Positions 60,680 through 64,000 of a stretch of 64,000 bases of DNA are shown piece by piece. Source of the DNA: an uncultured Haloferula sp. (GTDB taxonomy: Bacteria > Verrucomicrobiota > Verrucomicrobiia > Verrucomicrobiales > Akkermansiaceae). The position numbers and the translations under genes were made by a program. Each line of letters begins with the position of its first letter. Within the stretch, counting starts at the first letter, position 1. The notes beneath the pieces are model-generated. The model worked only from the letters and a program-made list of their open reading frames with translations, did no database searches and was not told where the DNA came from. Where the stretch lies: assembly GCA_965652295.1 (NCBI GenBank), contig CBFGTS010000009.1, positions 133,066 to 197,065 on the forward strand, written 5' to 3'.

Positions 60680-61023
60680 TTGGGTTTCTTCCTATTGCGC
60701 TTGGCTTCGGTATGCAGGTCTTCTTCTAGATCACGCAATGACTTTAGGACGACTTCAATCTCGTCTTGATCGTTCTGCTCTCTCGCTAGCTCCAGCGCCT
60801 TCGTGTAGAGACGACGACGCTCAAGGGGATTATCAATATAGTCCGCGCGAGTACCAAGAATCCGGGATTGCGTGCCGAACTCAGCTTCAAGCTCGTCCAG
60901 TATATCCAGCATCTGCTCACGGTAAACGTCATACATCGGGTCGTTGGCTGCTCGTGTGGCATTGACGACATCACAAGCCTTCTCGTGCACTCGATTCCAC
61001 GCGCTTTTTGAGATGGGCTTCAT
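60664..61023 (-). CDS. Cassette A: hypothetical helical protein
   Basis: ATG 4 bp after GTTGTGC; lower GC; stop inside attC3. Confidence 0.65.
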   Translation of the reverse strand: MKPISKSAWNRVHEKACDVVNATRAANDPMYDVYREQMLDILDELEAEFGTQSRILGTRADYIDNPLERRRLYTKALELAREQNDQDEIEVVLKSLRDLEEDLHTEAKRNRKKPKHNKS

Positions 61024-61027
61024 TCTT

Positions 61028-61123
61028 GCACAACGTCGAAGTCCACACACCCGCTGCCGGGGGCGCAGCTTCGACTCAGGTTGAGGGTTGTAGAGATCCT
61101 GCAAAATCCAACTCGGGGCGGGC
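61028..61123 (-). repeat. Truncated attC-like site 4 (R' half only)
   Basis: Minus strand ...GCAGCGGGTGTGTGGACTTCGACGTTGTGC directly before cassette A; partner arm missing where the IS remnant begins. Confidence 0.55.
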
Positions 61124-61130
61124 GCCGGCG

Positions 61131-61400
61131 CATTTGCGTCAACCTAGCGACGCAAGTCACTGATAGTCAGTATTTTGAATGGTGGAATAGTTGAGAAAAA
61201 GCTTACCCTGCAGGGGGCTCCGGCAAAATCGGCATGTTCGGTGCCAACTTCTCCCTGAGACTCTCAGATTTCGACGCCATCGCAAGAAAATCAGGCCTCA
61301 TCCTCAGGTATTCCCACAAATTCAGCGCCGCCGGCTTCCTCCTGGCTCTACTGCGCTCGGTCACCAAGGGCGACTGCTCGCTCAGGGAAGATTTTGAGTT
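61131..61400 (+). mobile_element. IS4-family remnant (left end plus transposase N-terminal fragment)
   Basis: Begins CATTTGCGTCAACCTA, recalling IS231-type ends (from memory); ORF from 61234 FDAIARKSGLILRYSHKFSAAGFLLALL resembles IS4 transposase N-termini, then degenerates. Confidence 0.5.
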
Positions 61401-62047
61401 TGTTTTTGATGACGGAAGCGAATTGAGGATTTTCGGGAAGGCGATGTGCGGGTGGCTTTCGCATGCATGATGCCTGAAGCTGGGAGGTCAGTGGGTGAGA
61501 CGTCAAATCGAAAGTGTTCGAAAGAACATCGATCCGGCCGTGATGTGGGGGAAAGAGGAGCGGCGGAATGAGTCCGCCAGGAGTGGTCCTTTTCGGCGGT
61601 CTTTTGGAAGAAGCGGCGGAGTGGGGCTGCCTATCTTTGAGGGAGAGGGCCTGCCGGGGGAAGGCGGTGGGACGGGCACTGAGGCCACCGAGCAACCTCT
61701 CATCCTGCCTTTCTCCGTGATCTCCGTCTCGGTGATGGGAAAAGGCAACTTGGGACCTGCCCCGTCACTTTTTCCTTTTTCCTCGTCACTCCCCACTCCT
61801 GCCAGGCGCTCGCCCCACCCCTTCCCGGGCTTGATCGCCCTGCTCCGTGGCCTCCGTCATCTCCGTACCTCCGTGCCGGAAAGAAAGCCCGCTCACTCAA
61901 ACAACTCCTGCCCAACCCAACGGAGCGCCTCCTTTCATGACCTTCATCATGAATGGGCGTTCATTCGCGTGCATTCGCGTGCATTCGCGGTTTCTCCATA
62001 CGCGGAGCTACCTGACGAAGAATCGAGATATGATCGGTGTTTGAAGA

Positions 62048-62446
62048 TCACGCCGAATCCCCACCCACGCTGTTGGTGATCCGGTCCGCCTCGATGGCGA
62101 TGCGGCTGTAGATCGCATCGATTTCCAGGCGGTCCAGATTCAGCTCGGGCACGTCTTCCTCCAACGTGGTCAGCAGGTGCTTCACGAAGCGCCGCAGGTG
62201 CTCCTTGCGGATGCCTTTTCCCGCGTGGACCTGACGCAGCGAGTGCCCGCTGTAGAAAAGCGGTCCTCCGAGCGCTTCGCTGAAGAATTCCTTCTGCATC
62301 ATCCGCAGCCGCTCCATCGGGACGTGCTCGAAAAACGGAGCCAGCTTCGGATCGGCCAGCACGCGCTGGTAAAAGCGGCCCACCAGCAGCTCGATACCGG
62401 CCTCGCCGCCGACGGCTTGGTAAAGTCGATCAGGTTGTTCGCTCAT
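62048..62446 (-). CDS. Group I truncated haemoglobin
   Basis: LYQAVGG, FYQRVLADPKLAPFF, QKEFFSEALGGP..YSG and VHAG. Confidence 0.9.
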   Translation of the reverse strand: MSEQPDRLYQAVGGEAGIELLVGRFYQRVLADPKLAPFFEHVPMERLRMMQKEFFSEALGGPLFYSGHSLRQVHAGKGIRKEHLRRFVKHLLTTLEEDVPELNLDRLEIDAIYSRIAIEADRITNSVGGDSA

Positions 62447-62561
62447 GCTCGCATTTTCACCCGTTTCCACGGAAGGCGACTAAGCACCGCTTGCGAATGA
62501 CCACGCGGCTTTTCCTGAAAATCGTTTGGACCTCCCGGGGGGCATCCCTACGGTTTCAGCC

Positions 62562-63665
62562 ATGCAGCCGACCGTCCCCGTCGAACACACCGATCCCACC
62601 AACGCGAAGATCCTCGCCATTTCCGAGGACCTCGTCTCCGGGTTCCACTCGCATCCGTTCCACGTGATCGCCGAGCAAAGTGGCGTCGACCTGCCCACCG
62701 TGCTGGAGCGGATCCGGGCGATGGTCGAAGCCGGGGTGATCCGCCGCGTGCGCCAGACGCTGCTGGCCACCAAGCTCGCCCACGGGGCACTGGTCGCCTG
62801 GCGGGTGCCGGAAGAGAAACTCAACGCCGCCTTCGATTTCATGGCCAAGGAGGATCCGTTCTCCGGCCACGTCGTCATCCGCTCGACGGATACCGACGTC
62901 TCGGGCTCCGGCTACCGGCTGTGGACGACGCTCAAGGTGCCCGTCGGCGAGTCGCTCGACGAGCACGCGACGGTGCTGAAACGTCTCGTTGGAGCCGAGG
63001 AATACCTGCTCATGCCGGCCAACGGCGTCTTCACCCTCGGGGTCGGTCACGTGCGCCGCAAGTCGATGGAGCCCGGCGAGAAAGCGGACGAACCCGCCGT
63101 GATGATGACCACGGCGACGGTCGACCTTTCCCCCGAGGAATGGGAGGTCCTGCTGGTGCTCAAGGAAGAGCTGGCACCGGAGGAAATCGTGGCGGAACCG
63201 TGGGTCGGACGCGCCGCGCAGCTCGGCATGCCGGTCGAGCGTTTCTGCGAAATCGCCATGGGACTGAACGCGAAGAAGGTCGTCGGCCGTTTCTCGACTT
63301 TCCTTGAACACGTCAAACCGTCCGCCACGGGCGAGCGCGTGACCCGCTTCAACGGCCTGTTTCACTGGGCGGTGCCGAAGGGCCGCGAAATCGAGGCCGG
63401 CGGCGAGGTCGGTCGCCATTACTGCATGACCCACTGCTACTGGCGCGAGGGCGGGCCGCAGTTTGGAAACGTGAACGTCATGGGCGTGGTCCACGGCACG
63501 GAGAAGGAGCGGGTGCTGGCCCACAAGGCGGCAATCGATGCCCATCTCGAAAGCGTCGGCATCCCGGTGAGCTACACCAATGTCTTCTGGGGCGGTCGCT
63601 CGGAGATCAAACCCTCGGAGATTTCCCCGAAGGTCTACCGCGAGTGGCACGCCCTCCATGCCTGA
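62562..63665 (+). CDS. Fused AhbA/AhbB (NirD/L-like) Lrp/AsnC-fold protein, probable sirohaem decarboxylase
   Basis: Two HTH+AsnC repeats (HPF..IAE...GVIRR, ALVAWRV; EPW...KVVGRF, THCYWR). Confidence 0.7.
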   Translation: MQPTVPVEHTDPTNAKILAISEDLVSGFHSHPFHVIAEQSGVDLPTVLERIRAMVEAGVIRRVRQTLLATKLAHGALVAWRVPEEKLNAAFDFMAKEDPFSGHVVIRSTDTDVSGSGYRLWTTLKVPVGESLDEHATVLKRLVGAEEYLLMPANGVFTLGVGHVRRKSMEPGEKADEPAVMMTTATVDLSPEEWEVLLVLKEELAPEEIVAEPWVGRAAQLGMPVERFCEIAMGLNAKKVVGRFSTFLEHVKPSATGERVTRFNGLFHWAVPKGREIEAGGEVGRHYCMTHCYWREGGPQFGNVNVMGVVHGTEKERVLAHKAAIDAHLESVGIPVSYTNVFWGGRSEIKPSEISPKVYREWHALHA

Positions 63666-63668
63666 GGA

Positions 63669-64000
63669 TAGGAGGTGGGACGCCCTCGTCCCACAACCCC
63701 GGCAGCGGAAACCACCTTGGCGCAGGCTGCTGATCGGCCCGGGCAGGAGGCCGCGGATCTCGGGGAAAAGAGATCGGGATGGCTCCTGTGTCTGCCGACA
63801 ATCGAATGCCGGAAGACGTGCGTGGATGGCTCGATCGGGTCGCGCTGCGATGATGAGATGGGCTTGGTCTGGGAGAAGTGCCTGAACCGTTTGTGGGACG
63901 AGGGCGTCCCACCTCCGATCCATCCCGGACCGAATGCGACGATTTTAGGAGGTGGGACGCCCTCGTCCCACAACCCCGGCAGCGGAAACCACCTTGGCGC
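63669..64000. repeat. REP family 1 tandem array (BIME), runs off the window
   Basis: REP at 63669-63696, inverted copy at 63891-63916, third copy at 63946; 63946-64000 is identical to 63669-63723 (277-bp unit). Confidence 0.85.

Noticed and set aside
61348..62079. ORFs 61495-62079 and 61348-61695 as an integron integrase or other real gene
   Set aside because: No tyrosine-recombinase R-H-R-Y motifs; low-complexity translation running through repeats.
63669..64000. CRISPR interpretation of the 28-bp repeats
   Set aside because: Copies alternate in orientation and the following sequence is repeated identically, which fits REP/BIME.

Overview
High-GC bacterial chromosomal window; gene style, weak Shine-Dalgarno signals and large secreted LamG proteins suggest Verrucomicrobiaceae (Haloferula/Luteolibacter-like; inference). 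Most of it is ordinary metabolism: nucleobase/deoxyribose salvage (cytosine deaminase, double-domain LOG, deoC plus two ALDH genes), an alpha-mannoside utilisation cluster (GH92-MFS-ROK-GH125), pfk/fructokinase/fbaA, adaA-alkA/ogt, opgG/opgH, lepA, PL10 pectate lyase, eboE-ubiA, a type III PKS triad, cca, marC, a truncated globin and an AhbAB/NirDL-like gene. The notable structure is non-coding. (1) A lower-GC array of four minus-strand gene cassettes at about 58.97-61.13 kb is separated by 88-89 bp attC-like hairpins with non-canonical GAAC/GTTC cores. Their ends pair better across cassettes than within a site, which is the footprint of integrase shuffling. No integrase is present and both ends of the array are clipped by IS remnants. 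(2) The last 37-57 bp of fbaA is duplicated on the far side of the 2.3-kb ada-alkA/ogt module. (3) Two copies of a CTAG-targeting MITE are present, one of which splits a translationally coupled PKS operon. (4) There are two REP/BIME families and short tandem repeats upstream of start codons. I saw no tRNA, rRNA or CRISPR array. All family assignments are from motif recognition by eye; no database search was run.
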